Origin: an uncultured Lachnospiraceae bacterium
GTDB lineage: Bacteria > Bacillota > Clostridia > Lachnospirales > Lachnospiraceae
NCBI GenBank assembly: GCA_963559605.1
Contig: CAUWLL010000007.1
Coordinates: 19,966 to 83,965 of the forward strand
Length of the DNA stretch: 64,000 bases
Direction: 5' to 3'
Part shown: positions 20,901 to 29,554 of the stretch, piece after piece
How the letters are laid out: each line of letters starts with the position of its first letter
Numbering within the stretch: position 1 is the first letter of the stretch
Made by a program: the position numbers and the translations under genes
The notes under the pieces: generated by a model
Told to the model about the DNA's origin: nothing
The model's database searches: none
Seen by the model: the letters and a program-made list of their open reading frames with translations, nothing else

Positions 20901-21261
20901 CACTGATATACCCAAGCTTCTTCATATTGCCCCGCAGAACTTTCAAGTCCTTCTCACAATTCCCTGCAATTTTCCTGAGGATCAAGTTTTTTCCCTCATC
21001 ATCCAGAACCGGCAACGCTCCTGCCCCGGTCTCTTCAAACACACGATAAGCAAGACGTGCAAAGCTAAGCACGTCGATATTCATAATGCCGCCCCGGTCA
21101 TGCATGGTTACCAGATCTTTCTGTGTCTGCATGGTAAACTGCTCCGGCACTAATACGATATAATTTCTATCCGGATAACGGATAGACTGCTCGATAACAT
21201 ACCGATATAAAGAATGTGACTTTCCTGACCCCGATGGTCCGAATATAAATTTTAAAGGCAT
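17929..21261 (-). CDS. addB: Helicase-nuclease AddAB subunit B
   Basis: GPSGSGKS, VPEQFT, GKIDRVD...VLDYKTG, QL..Y, Fe-S cysteines (CVC; CDYC...C). Confidence 0.95.
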   Translation of the reverse strand: MPLKFIFGPSGSGKSHSLYRYVIEQSIRYPDRNYIVLVPEQFTMQTQKDLVTMHDRGGIMNIDVLSFARLAYRVFEETGAGALPVLDDEGKNLILRKIAGNCEKDLKVLRGNMKKLGYISEVKSVISEFVQYDIGSEELERVMESVGETSRLYYKLQDIKLLYEAFTQYLEEKYITKEELLDVLSRVVTQSELLKNSTVVLDGFTGFTPVQNRLLAELLKQCREVVVTVTMDERENPYVYRHPYQLFGLSKQMVTSLVDIARKEKIEIEEPEELYGKVPYRFRENEELAFLERNLFRYGHATHESAETIRLHVARNPKEEAYDAMGNVRRLLRKEGFRCRDIGVIVSDMEVYGDYLKQAAVEYEIPVFMDHKRSILLNSFVEYLRSLLNMAEQNFTYESVFRFLRTNLAGFTYEQTDELENYVIGVGIKGYKRWQEKWVRRLKGMKEEELERLNHCRVELVEKVDALMFVLKQRKKTVRDITVAVYEFMVRENLQVRLAAQEEKFKASGELALAKEYAQIYRIVIELFDKFVELLGDEAVSLNEYCKLLDAGLEEARVGVIPPGADQVVVGDMERTRLKDIKALLFVGANDVYLPGSLLRTGLLSERDREKFSKEKLALSSGGKEKAYVQKFYLYMNLTKPSEKLDIYYSKVSSDGKSIRPSYLVQDLQKLYPQIVTEDEEKKWLTARELTETMGMEYLIRGFQSNTLDEIWCELYSWYRSSPKWQEKIERFLQAGYYKKPSAQLTQAVAEKLYGAEFEKSITRMERFCVCAFAHFLTYGLELRERQEYDFQAMDLGNVCHLALERFGRKVERSNESWTSLTSQMRAQYIEESVEEAVTDYGNSVLYSSARNEYMIVRMKRMLTCTVWALTKQLEAGDFKPGAYELRFGNGKIDRVDTCEDGDKIYVKVLDYKTGNKAFDISALYHGLQLQLMVYMDAAVKDQEKRHADKEVVPAGVFYYRINEPLVEKQPQEQVEEAVLKELKPDGIIHLKDEVLNHLDHCMSGESAVIPVKYNKDGSLSKTSKAVSSEAFETMMNYAVGKIEKTREQILDGEVSANPYRRGQESGCDYCSYRHVCGFDTKIPGYRYREIGKMSMEEAIQAMQAEEEQS

Positions 21262-21312
21262 AGGGTTTTCCTCCTATGCCTTAGTATATCATACCTTAAA
21301 ATGTTCTCCAAC

Positions 21313-22170
21313 TTATACACTTCTTAATTTTTCTACAAATTCATTGCTAAGTGTCAGCTTTGCCACGTAGAATACGTCTCCGGTCATATAGATCGTCCAG
21401 TCGTCCTCTACCTCCACCTGCAGCTCTCCTCCCGGCATATGTACCACGACTTTATTATTGGTCATGCCAAGTCTGTAAGCCACTCCTGCCGCCGCACAGG
21501 CGCCTGTTCCTGATGCCAACGTATATCCTGCGCCACGCTCATAAATTTCAATCGCCAGATTCTCTTTATCGATCACCTTCATGATCTGTGTATTCACACG
21601 GTTCGGGAAATATCTTGCAATCTCTGCATAATCTCCGATCTTCGTTACCAACGGTTTGGAAATCTCTTTCATCGGGATGACACAGTGCGGATTTCCGATA
21701 TTCACACAGGTAACCGGATACAATGTCCTGCCAAAAACCATGTCTTCATTAATGACCTCTCGGCGTTCCCCTGTCATAGGAATGTCGTCACTCCAAAAAG
21801 ATAATTTTCCCATCGATACACGCAGACGGCTTCCGTCCTCATTCAAAAAAGTAACCTCTGTAGGACCGTTGCCTGTATATAATTTAAAGCTTTTTTTCTG
21901 AATATAAGATGCGTCTTTTAAATATTTCGCAAAGATACGCACACCGTTTCCACTGGTTTCGGACTCGCTTCCGTCCGGATTCCATACTTTCACATGCATA
22001 CCGTCATCTTTTAATATCGGACCTTCCAGCACACCGTCTGAACCAAGTCCTGCATTACGATCACAGATAATCTTTACATTCTCCGGCGTCAGCTCTAACT
22101 CATTTTTATTTGGATCAAATACTACATAATCGTTACCCAGTCCATGGTAACGCTCTAATACGACTTTCAT
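21313..22170 (-). CDS. dapF: Diaminopimelate epimerase-family protein with a Ser/Ser catalytic pair
   Basis: HGLGNDY, NPDGS, GNPH and ERG are conserved, but ETSGNG and TLASGTG replace the ExCGNG and TxACGTG motifs. Confidence 0.8.
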   Translation of the reverse strand: MKVVLERYHGLGNDYVVFDPNKNELELTPENVKIICDRNAGLGSDGVLEGPILKDDGMHVKVWNPDGSESETSGNGVRIFAKYLKDASYIQKKSFKLYTGNGPTEVTFLNEDGSRLRVSMGKLSFWSDDIPMTGERREVINEDMVFGRTLYPVTCVNIGNPHCVIPMKEISKPLVTKIGDYAEIARYFPNRVNTQIMKVIDKENLAIEIYERGAGYTLASGTGACAAAGVAYRLGMTNNKVVVHMPGGELQVEVEDDWTIYMTGDVFYVAKLTLSNEFVEKLRSV

Positions 22171-22214
22171 AATCTACCTCCGATCATTGCGGAACTGCTT
22201 ATTATACCTTTCTT

Positions 22215-22243
22215 ATCATAACAGGCATCTATTTCCATTTCAA
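22215..22243 (-). promoter_or_regulatory. SigA-type promoter of the dapF-like gene
   Basis: TTGAAA-N17-TATGAT with extended TG. Confidence 0.65.
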
Positions 22244-22249
22244 GAAGAT

Positions 22250-23485
22250 TTACACTTTATGAAAAATTTCTGCCGGAACATATGCCCTCACAAAGATGCC
22301 ATCCTCTCTGTATTCCTCCGCTTCCAGTTCGCCGTACTTACGGATTGTCTGTATCTTTGCAGCGTCGCTGTAGGGATATGTTTTCTCGAGAAAAACTTTC
22401 CGCTCCCTTAATACCGCCTCGATCGTCTTCGTAAGTTCTTCCAGTCCACTGCCTGTCTTAGCGGAAATCTGCACCGTATAATCCGCCTTAAAATCACGGA
22501 TCACCGGTACACGTTCCAATTTATCCTGCTTATTAAATACGGTAATGACAGGTTTATCTTTCACACCCAGGTTAGAGAGCGTCTCATAAACCGTATACAT
22601 CTGAGCATCCATCTGCGGACTGGAAACATCCACCACATGAAGGATCAGGTCTGCATACTTCGCCTCCTCCAACGTACTTTTAAATGCCTCGATCAGGTGA
22701 TGGGGCAGCTTCTTAATAAAACCTACCGTATCTGTCAGCAAGATTTCCTGTCCCTTAGAAAGAACCAGACTTCTTGTGGTCGGATCTAAGGTGGCAAACA
22801 ACTTATCTTCCGCTAAAATACCGGCTCCGGTCAGTGTATTGAGCAATGTGGATTTCCCTGCGTTCGTATAACCTACGATCGCCGCTACGGGAACCTGATT
22901 TTTACTTCGTCTCTCCCTCGTAACCTTCCGGTGTCTCTTTACTTCTTTCAGCTCCCGGTTCAGCTGTGCAATACGGTTCTTAATAAGACGCCTGTCCATC
23001 TCCAGTTTTTTCTCTCCCGGCCCTCTTGTACCGATGCCTCCGCCAAGTCTTGAAAGAGCGGTACCAAACCCGGTCAATCTGGTCTGCCTATATTTCAGCT
23101 GCGCCAGTTCCACCTGTATCTTTCCCTCTCCTGTAGAAGCTCTTGAAGCGAAAATATCCAGAATGACGAGTGTTCTGTCCATAACCTTCACATCCAGCTC
23201 ATCCTGTAGATTCTTCATCTGCACCGGAGATAATTCGTCATCACAAATAATACCTGTTGCGTCCAATTCCCACAACAGGTCTTTGATCTCCTCCATCTTT
23301 CCTTTTCCCACATAAGTACCTGGATGCGGCTGCTCCCTGCTCTGTATCACATACCCTACAGTTTCTGCTCCCGCGGTCTGCGCCAGTTCTGACAGTTCCT
23401 TTAAAGAATCTTCTGTGTCGTCCTGCCCCGGAAGGCTGACCCCCACAAGAAGCACCCTTTCTGCCGTTTCTTTTAATTCTATCAT
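22250..23485 (-). CDS. hflX: Ribosome-splitting GTPase HflX
   Basis: ILDIFASRA, GPGEKKLE, GYTNAGKST, DTVGFI, NKQD. Confidence 0.96.
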   Translation of the reverse strand: MIELKETAERVLLVGVSLPGQDDTEDSLKELSELAQTAGAETVGYVIQSREQPHPGTYVGKGKMEEIKDLLWELDATGIICDDELSPVQMKNLQDELDVKVMDRTLVILDIFASRASTGEGKIQVELAQLKYRQTRLTGFGTALSRLGGGIGTRGPGEKKLEMDRRLIKNRIAQLNRELKEVKRHRKVTRERRSKNQVPVAAIVGYTNAGKSTLLNTLTGAGILAEDKLFATLDPTTRSLVLSKGQEILLTDTVGFIKKLPHHLIEAFKSTLEEAKYADLILHVVDVSSPQMDAQMYTVYETLSNLGVKDKPVITVFNKQDKLERVPVIRDFKADYTVQISAKTGSGLEELTKTIEAVLRERKVFLEKTYPYSDAAKIQTIRKYGELEAEEYREDGIFVRAYVPAEIFHKV

Positions 23486-23503
23486 AGACTCCCCTTTTTC
23501 TTC

Positions 23504-24028
23504 TTACCTCGTCTCCAAAAACTCCTGCTCCTTCAAAGCCTGCTTGTCGTCGGGATACTTTTCTATATATTTCTCCAGACGCTCTCTTGCTTCCTCCCAA
23601 TTCTTTGCTCCCTCATAAGAAACAATGAGATTGTACTCAATCTCCTGGAGCAGCTCCTTACTGTTCTTCTCATCTTCCAGCGCTTCTTTATAATACTTGA
23701 CAGCCTTCTTATAATTCCCAAGCTCCAGTTCACAGCTTCCCAGCAGATTGCAAAGTGTACCGTTCTTCTTACTGCCTTCTTTAACTGCATTTGCAAGCGC
23801 ATCTTTTGCGCCCTCGTAATCTTGCTGCTCCCATAGCGCGATTCCAAGCCCGCGATATGCGTCCGCTGTATGCTTCTCTTTTTTTACAGACTGCTTAAAA
23901 CTTGCCTCTGCCTCTTTATACTTCCCAGCTTCTAACTGCTCTATACCCTCTTCATACGGATTGCTTCCGCAACCGGATAAGAAAAGTGCCGCCAGAAGAA
24001 GCACCGGTATCATCCGAAATTTTCTCAT
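23504..24028 (-). CDS. TPR-repeat lipoprotein
   Basis: Lipobox LSGC followed by several TPR-like helical repeats. Confidence 0.8.
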   Translation of the reverse strand: MRKFRMIPVLLLAALFLSGCGSNPYEEGIEQLEAGKYKEAEASFKQSVKKEKHTADAYRGLGIALWEQQDYEGAKDALANAVKEGSKKNGTLCNLLGSCELELGNYKKAVKYYKEALEDEKNSKELLQEIEYNLIVSYEGAKNWEEARERLEKYIEKYPDDKQALKEQEFLETR

Positions 24029-24036
24029 ATTTCCTC

Positions 24037-25899
24037 CTAAGCTTTAAATTTCACTACCCATACAGCATTTAACACTGCCGCAAATACTACGCCCACCTCG
24101 GCGATGATCGCTTCCCACATTCCAAAATATCCGATCACTGCCAATACCAGGATCATAACTTTTATTACCATGGCAAATGTAATGTTCTGACTCACCACAC
24201 GAAGCGTCTCTTTGGCAATCCGAATGGCGTCTACAATTTTAGGAAGTTCGTCTTCCATTAAAACAATATCCGCCGCTTCGATAGCCGCCGCCGAACCTAA
24301 CGCACCCATGGCTATACCGACGTCTGCCCTCGCCAGTATGGGCGCGTCATTGACGCCGTCACCGACACAGACTAACCGTTCCATGTCATCTTGTACGACC
24401 AGAAAATCCTCCAGCTGTTCCAGTTTATCTGCCGGCATCAGTTCCGTGTACGCATAATCCATGTCCAGCTCCCGAGCCACATCCATTCCCGCAGCTTCCG
24501 TATCTCCCGTAAGCATGACCAGTACGCCATGACATTTTTCTTTCAAGTATTTGAGCGTCCACTTGGCATCTTCCTTGATGACATCAGAAATCAAAATATA
24601 TCCCGCATATTGATTTGCCACGGCAACATATACTACGGTTCCGGCAGTATAGACCTCTTCTGCCTCAACACCATATCGGCTCATCATACGATAATTGCCG
24701 ACATAAACCTTTTTCCCCCCATACATGGCGCTGATCCCATATCCCGGAATTTCTTTCACACGGTATACCGCAGACTTATCGATCGCTCCTTCATAGACCT
24801 GTAAAAGCGTCTGTGCAATGGGATGATTCGAATAGCTTTCCGCATGTGCGGCAATTTTAAGCAGTTCTTTCTCTTCCATCCCCACCGGATGCACTTCCTG
24901 CACCGTAAATACGCCTTCCGTCAAAGTACCCGTCTTATCAAACACAAAAGTGTCCGCTTTTGATAAATCTTCCAGATAATTGGCTCCCTTAATAACAATC
25001 CCCTGTCTCGCCGCAGAAGCAAGACCGCCAAGAAACGCGATCGGAATAGACATAACAAGCCCACTTGGACAAGCCACGATTAAAAAAATGAGTCCGCGAT
25101 AAATCCACGTATCCCAATTTCCATAGGAAAAAGAAAGTGGAGGATAAATCATGACAAGAAATGCAAAGACAAACATTACCGGCGTGTAAACTCTGGAAAA
25201 TTTGGACACAAAGGTTTCACTGTCTGATTTCTTATTCTGAGCCTCCTCTACCATTTCCATAATCTTAGAAACCGTAGAATCACTGTACTCCTTCGTTACT
25301 TTCGCTACCAGCACACCACTTAAGTTAATACATCCACTGTAAATCCGATCGCCTGCAACAGCCTTTCTCGGAACGGGCTCACCGGTCACTGCCTTTGTAT
25401 CGATCATAGAAGAGCCGCCCCTGACGACCGCATCCACCGGAATACGCTCCCCCGGCTTAATGACGATCACATCATTCCGTCTCAATTCTGCCGGGTCTAC
25501 CTGTACCTCTTTGTCATTTATCTTTCTTGTGGCATACGGCGGACGGATGTCGACCATTTCCTCAATCGAACGTTTTGCACTATCCGTAGCATAAGACTCA
25601 AAGATTATTCCCAGCTCAAACAGAAGCATAACAAGTACGCCCTCAATATATCTTCCTATACCAAACGCACCTACAGTAGCCAGCGTCATCAGCGTATATT
25701 CTGTCAAAAATCTCTTCTGCATAAATCGTTCGCAAAGATTTTTAAACACATCATAACCGATGATCAAGTAAGCAATCAAAAACCATATGAACTTTATCCG
25801 GTCGTCCAGTGTATTATATGTAGTAATTATAATAGCACACACATATAGCAATACGCCGGCTCCATAAATAATACTTCTCTTTTTCAATTGTGCTGTCAT
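24037..25899 (-). CDS. P1B-type heavy-metal ATPase, variant metal site, no N-terminal metal-binding domain
   Basis: TGE, CPS, DKTGTLT, SNHP, GDGVNDAP. Confidence 0.9.
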   Translation of the reverse strand: MTAQLKKRSIIYGAGVLLYVCAIIITTYNTLDDRIKFIWFLIAYLIIGYDVFKNLCERFMQKRFLTEYTLMTLATVGAFGIGRYIEGVLVMLLFELGIIFESYATDSAKRSIEEMVDIRPPYATRKINDKEVQVDPAELRRNDVIVIKPGERIPVDAVVRGGSSMIDTKAVTGEPVPRKAVAGDRIYSGCINLSGVLVAKVTKEYSDSTVSKIMEMVEEAQNKKSDSETFVSKFSRVYTPVMFVFAFLVMIYPPLSFSYGNWDTWIYRGLIFLIVACPSGLVMSIPIAFLGGLASAARQGIVIKGANYLEDLSKADTFVFDKTGTLTEGVFTVQEVHPVGMEEKELLKIAAHAESYSNHPIAQTLLQVYEGAIDKSAVYRVKEIPGYGISAMYGGKKVYVGNYRMMSRYGVEAEEVYTAGTVVYVAVANQYAGYILISDVIKEDAKWTLKYLKEKCHGVLVMLTGDTEAAGMDVARELDMDYAYTELMPADKLEQLEDFLVVQDDMERLVCVGDGVNDAPILARADVGIAMGALGSAAAIEAADIVLMEDELPKIVDAIRIAKETLRVVSQNITFAMVIKVMILVLAVIGYFGMWEAIIAEVGVVFAAVLNAVWVVKFKA

Positions 25900-25931
25900 A
25901 TTCTTTTTCCTTTTTTGTAACTATATGCAAA

Positions 25932-26291
25932 TTATTCCGTTATATGCTCCATTCCCTGACTGATGATGTTCTGAATATGCCCATCCGCCAGAGAATAATA
26001 TACCGTTTTGCCTTCTCGTCTGTTTTTTACAAGCTTCATCTGTTTGAGTATACGTAATTGATGCGAAATTGCCGACTGCGTCATACCGAGCACTTCTGCA
26101 AGATCGCAGACACACATCTCTGCCTTTAAAAGCACACACAACAGCTTGATTCTTGTGGCGTCTCCGAAAACCTTATAAAAGTCCGCCAGTTCTTTGATCA
26201 GCTCTTCCTCCGGTATTTCTATTAAAACTTCTTTCACCTTCCCATCATGAACATATACTTCCTCACAGCATTCCACTTCTAACTTTTTCAT
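25932..26291 (-). CDS. ArsR/SmtB-family metal-responsive repressor (CadC-like)
   Basis: ELCVCD-like EMCVCDL, QSAISHQLRIL, DGHI alpha5 site, N-terminal CCEEVYVH. Confidence 0.92.
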   Translation of the reverse strand: MKKLEVECCEEVYVHDGKVKEVLIEIPEEELIKELADFYKVFGDATRIKLLCVLLKAEMCVCDLAEVLGMTQSAISHQLRILKQMKLVKNRREGKTVYYSLADGHIQNIISQGMEHITE

Positions 26292-26337
26292 ACATCCTTC
26301 CTTTCGACTGTACTTATATCAGTCTATCTATTAATTA

Positions 26338-26372
26338 TGCCAAATGGCGAAAAGTATTTCAACCATTTGGCA
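26338..26372. other. Stem-loop between the first ATPase and the repressor gene
   Basis: TGCCAAATGG/CCATTTGGCA perfect 10-bp arms; no good U tract. Confidence 0.5.
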
Positions 26373-26382
26373 CAAAAATCAA

Positions 26383-28695
26383 CTATTTTTTACAACTATT
26401 CAGCCACAGCATCCGTATTGCGTTCAATACACAGAGCATTGCCACCCCTGTATCGGCAAAAACCGCCATCCACATATTGGCATACCCGAAAAATCCTAAA
26501 AGCATCACCAGGAATTTCACGGCGAGCGCAAATACTACGTTCTGCATGGCAATCCTTCCCGTCGTCCGGGCAATCTTCACAGATTCCGAAATGGCATCTA
26601 CGGAAGAGGTCATAAACACTACGTCCGCCGCTTCAATGGCAGCGTCTGCTCCACTTCCCATGGCTGCCCCCACATCTGCTCCTGCAAGTACCGGAGCATC
26701 GTTGATGCCGTCTCCCACAAACATAACAGCGCCGTATCTTTTACGAATGTCCTGCAAATGTGTTAATTTATCCTGAGGAAGCAGTCCTGCATGCACTTCG
26801 TCAATCCCTATCGCCTGCGCCACTTTCTTGGCGCTGTTTTTTTCGTCTCCGGTAAGCATTGCCGTCATCAGACCGGCTTTCTTCATGCGCGCTATAGATT
26901 CTTCTGCCTCCGGCTTGATCACATCGGATACGACCATATATCCTTCTAAAACGCCGTCCACCGCTACCAGTACTTCCGAACCGTAATCACTGTTTTGATA
27001 ACTGCCGACATCTACACCGTACAGATTCATCAATCCTCTGCTTCCGCAAAGTACAACCCCTTCTGAAAATACTGCGCGGATTCCTTTTCCGGAAATCTCT
27101 TCCACTTCTTTCGGTCTCATAAGCGTAAGTTCTTTTTCTCTTGCCAGACCGACAATACTTGTTCCGATCGGGTGCGTAGAAACAAGTTCACAATCTGCCG
27201 CTATGGTAAGCAATTGTTTCTCTGCCAGTTTGCCAAGCGTCACTACTTTACGGACCACAAAATTCCCCTTGGTAAGCGTCCCTGTCTTATCCATAACAAC
27301 TGCCTTGACGTCTTTAAGCGCCTCAATCGCCACACCGCCTTTGAACAAAATCCCCTTTTTGGAACCGGATCCGATGCCGGAGAAAAATGCCAGAGGAACA
27401 CTGAGTACCAGAGCACACGGACAACTGATCACAAGAAATGTGATCGCCGTATAGATCCAATGGTTCCAATCTCCCGTGATCAAAGACGGAATGATCGCCG
27501 TTATCAACGCCAGAACTACTACGATCGGCGTATATACTCCGGCAAATCTCGTGATAAACCGGTCGATCTTCGGTTTGCTTGCCGCCGCATTTTCTACCGA
27601 ATCCAGAATACGTGTTACCATAGATTCACTTAACGGCTTTTGAACTTCCATTTTAAGCATTCCCTGCTCATTTACACAGCCGGACAAAACTTCCGTGCCC
27701 GGATACACATTGACCGGGACCGGCTCTCCCGTCACAGCAGAAGTATCCACCTGGCTCTGTCCTTCTACAATTTTTCCGTCCAATGGAATGCGATCCCCCG
27801 GACGTATTAACAAAATGTCCGAAACCTTCGCCTCCTGCGCCGGAATTACCTTTACCTCTCCGTCTGCAAAAAGATTCACAACTTCCGGTCTCAGATCCAC
27901 AGCATCCATAATCTGAGAACGGCTGCGGCTGACTGCAATTTCCTCAAACAGCTCTCCCACACGGTAAAATAACATCACACCCACCGCCTCTGCGAAATCT
28001 CCGATAACAAAAGCTGCAAGGGTGGCAACGCTCATAAGGAAATTTTCGTCAAGCACCTTCCCTTTCCGCAGGTTCTTCACTGCCGTCCACAAAATTCTCA
28101 AGCCTAAAACCACATAAGCCGCCACAAACAATACGGCTGATACAGGAAAATCAAAGACTATATCCTCTGTGAATATTCCCGCCGCAAATAAAACCGCTCC
28201 GGCAATAACGGAAAAAATATCTTTTTTATTTTCCTCGAAAACACTTTTCTTCTCTTTCTTTTGACGTTCAGACTCTTCCCTTGGGACAACCACCACCTCT
28301 TCCTCAATGGAAGAACAAATCTCCTGTAGTTTGGGAAGCATATTTTCTGAATGATCAGATGCCACCACCAGCTGTTTCGTGGCATAGGTGAGAATCGCTT
28401 TCTCTACCTCCGGCAAAGCATTGATCTGACGCTCCATCTTGGCGGCACAATTGGCACAACCTAAGTTTTCCAGAATATACACTTTCTTTTCCATTCCCTG
28501 CCAAAACTCTGTCTGCGCCAATTCTTCATGAGACTCACAAGCATGTGCACAGCCGTCGTGACATTCGTGCGCGTGGTCGTGATGTTCATGGTGATGATGC
28601 TCATGGTGATGATGCTCATGATGCTCGTGACTATGTCCGCAGCCACAGCTTTCCCCATGCTGATGTATTTTATTAATCGCTTTATCTTTCATCAT
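26383..28695 (-). CDS. cadA: P1B-2 Zn/Cd/Pb-exporting ATPase with His-rich N-terminus and HMA domain
   Basis: His tract, LGCANCA, TGE, CPC, DKTGTLT, STHP, GDGINDAP, VK in TM7, ADTG in TM8. Confidence 0.9.
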   Translation of the reverse strand: MMKDKAINKIHQHGESCGCGHSHEHHEHHHHEHHHHEHHDHAHECHDGCAHACESHEELAQTEFWQGMEKKVYILENLGCANCAAKMERQINALPEVEKAILTYATKQLVVASDHSENMLPKLQEICSSIEEEVVVVPREESERQKKEKKSVFEENKKDIFSVIAGAVLFAAGIFTEDIVFDFPVSAVLFVAAYVVLGLRILWTAVKNLRKGKVLDENFLMSVATLAAFVIGDFAEAVGVMLFYRVGELFEEIAVSRSRSQIMDAVDLRPEVVNLFADGEVKVIPAQEAKVSDILLIRPGDRIPLDGKIVEGQSQVDTSAVTGEPVPVNVYPGTEVLSGCVNEQGMLKMEVQKPLSESMVTRILDSVENAAASKPKIDRFITRFAGVYTPIVVVLALITAIIPSLITGDWNHWIYTAITFLVISCPCALVLSVPLAFFSGIGSGSKKGILFKGGVAIEALKDVKAVVMDKTGTLTKGNFVVRKVVTLGKLAEKQLLTIAADCELVSTHPIGTSIVGLAREKELTLMRPKEVEEISGKGIRAVFSEGVVLCGSRGLMNLYGVDVGSYQNSDYGSEVLVAVDGVLEGYMVVSDVIKPEAEESIARMKKAGLMTAMLTGDEKNSAKKVAQAIGIDEVHAGLLPQDKLTHLQDIRKRYGAVMFVGDGINDAPVLAGADVGAAMGSGADAAIEAADVVFMTSSVDAISESVKIARTTGRIAMQNVVFALAVKFLVMLLGFFGYANMWMAVFADTGVAMLCVLNAIRMLWLNSCKK
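28587..28616. repeat. 15-bp tandem repeat (2 exact copies) in the His-rich tract
   Basis: CATGGTGATGATGCT at 28587-28601 and 28602-28616, encoding EHHHH units. Confidence 0.85.
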
Positions 28696-28720
28696 GGATT
28701 CCTCCCTGCATTATGTTTTG

Positions 28721-28781
28721 ATATATGAACAACTATTCATATGTTCATTTATATAATATTCCCGGAATCCAAAAATGTCAA
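28721..28781 (-). promoter_or_regulatory. SigA promoter with SmtB/CzrA-type operator
   Basis: TTGACA (28781-28776)-N17-TATTAT (28758-28753); ATATATGAACAACTATTCATAT at 28721-28742. Confidence 0.8.
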
Positions 28782-28811
28782 GTTTAATTTTCATATAAAT
28801 GTATCAATCTT

Positions 28812-29480
28812 CTATTCTATCTGCCAATCTATCGGCTCTACGCCATGCTCTGACAAAAACTCGTTGGTCTGACTAAAAGGCTTGCTTCCGAAGAACCCCC
28901 GGTATGCGGACAGTGGACTCGGATGTGGCGCTTTCAAAATCAGATGTTTCGGATTGTGAAGCATCTGTGCCTTTCTTTGTGCCGGACTTCCCCACAGAAT
29001 AAATACCATCGGTCTGTCCTGCGTATCGAGCGCTCGGATTGCCGCGTCTGTAAATTCCTCCCAGCCAATCCCCCTATGTGAATTTGCCTGATGGGCGCGC
29101 ACTGTGAGAACCGTATTCAGCATTAACACGCCCTGCTCTGCCCATTTTGTCAAATACCCGTGATCTGGAATTGCGCAGCCAAGATCATCGTGCAGCTCCT
29201 TATAAATATTGACCAGCGACGGGGGAATATCCACACCTTTTTTCACAGAAAAACAAAGTCCGTGTGCCTGTCCGTGATTGTGGTAGGGATCCTGTCCGAG
29301 AATGACCACCTTTACTTTACTAAGAGGCGTCAGATGAAAGGCATTGAAAATATCTTCCGCCGGAGGAAAGATCAATCTCGTCTTGTATTCCTCATTCACC
29401 GTCTCGAATAATTTTTTGTAATAAGGCTTTTTAAACTCTTCCTTCAGAGCGTCCAGCCAATCATTGTTAATTGCCGCCAT
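28812..29480 (-). CDS. ung: Uracil-DNA glycosylase (family 1)
   Basis: GQDPYH, GLCFSV, LNTVLTV, HPSPLS; start moved to 29480. Confidence 0.96.
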   Translation of the reverse strand: MAAINNDWLDALKEEFKKPYYKKLFETVNEEYKTRLIFPPAEDIFNAFHLTPLSKVKVVILGQDPYHNHGQAHGLCFSVKKGVDIPPSLVNIYKELHDDLGCAIPDHGYLTKWAEQGVLMLNTVLTVRAHQANSHRGIGWEEFTDAAIRALDTQDRPMVFILWGSPAQRKAQMLHNPKHLILKAPHPSPLSAYRGFFGSKPFSQTNEFLSEHGVEPIDWQIE

Positions 29481-29554
29481 ATTCCTCTCACCCTTTATCT
29501 TTTGAATCGTACCCACTGTAACCCTGCTCCTTGTGAGCATCTACGAACGCCTGT

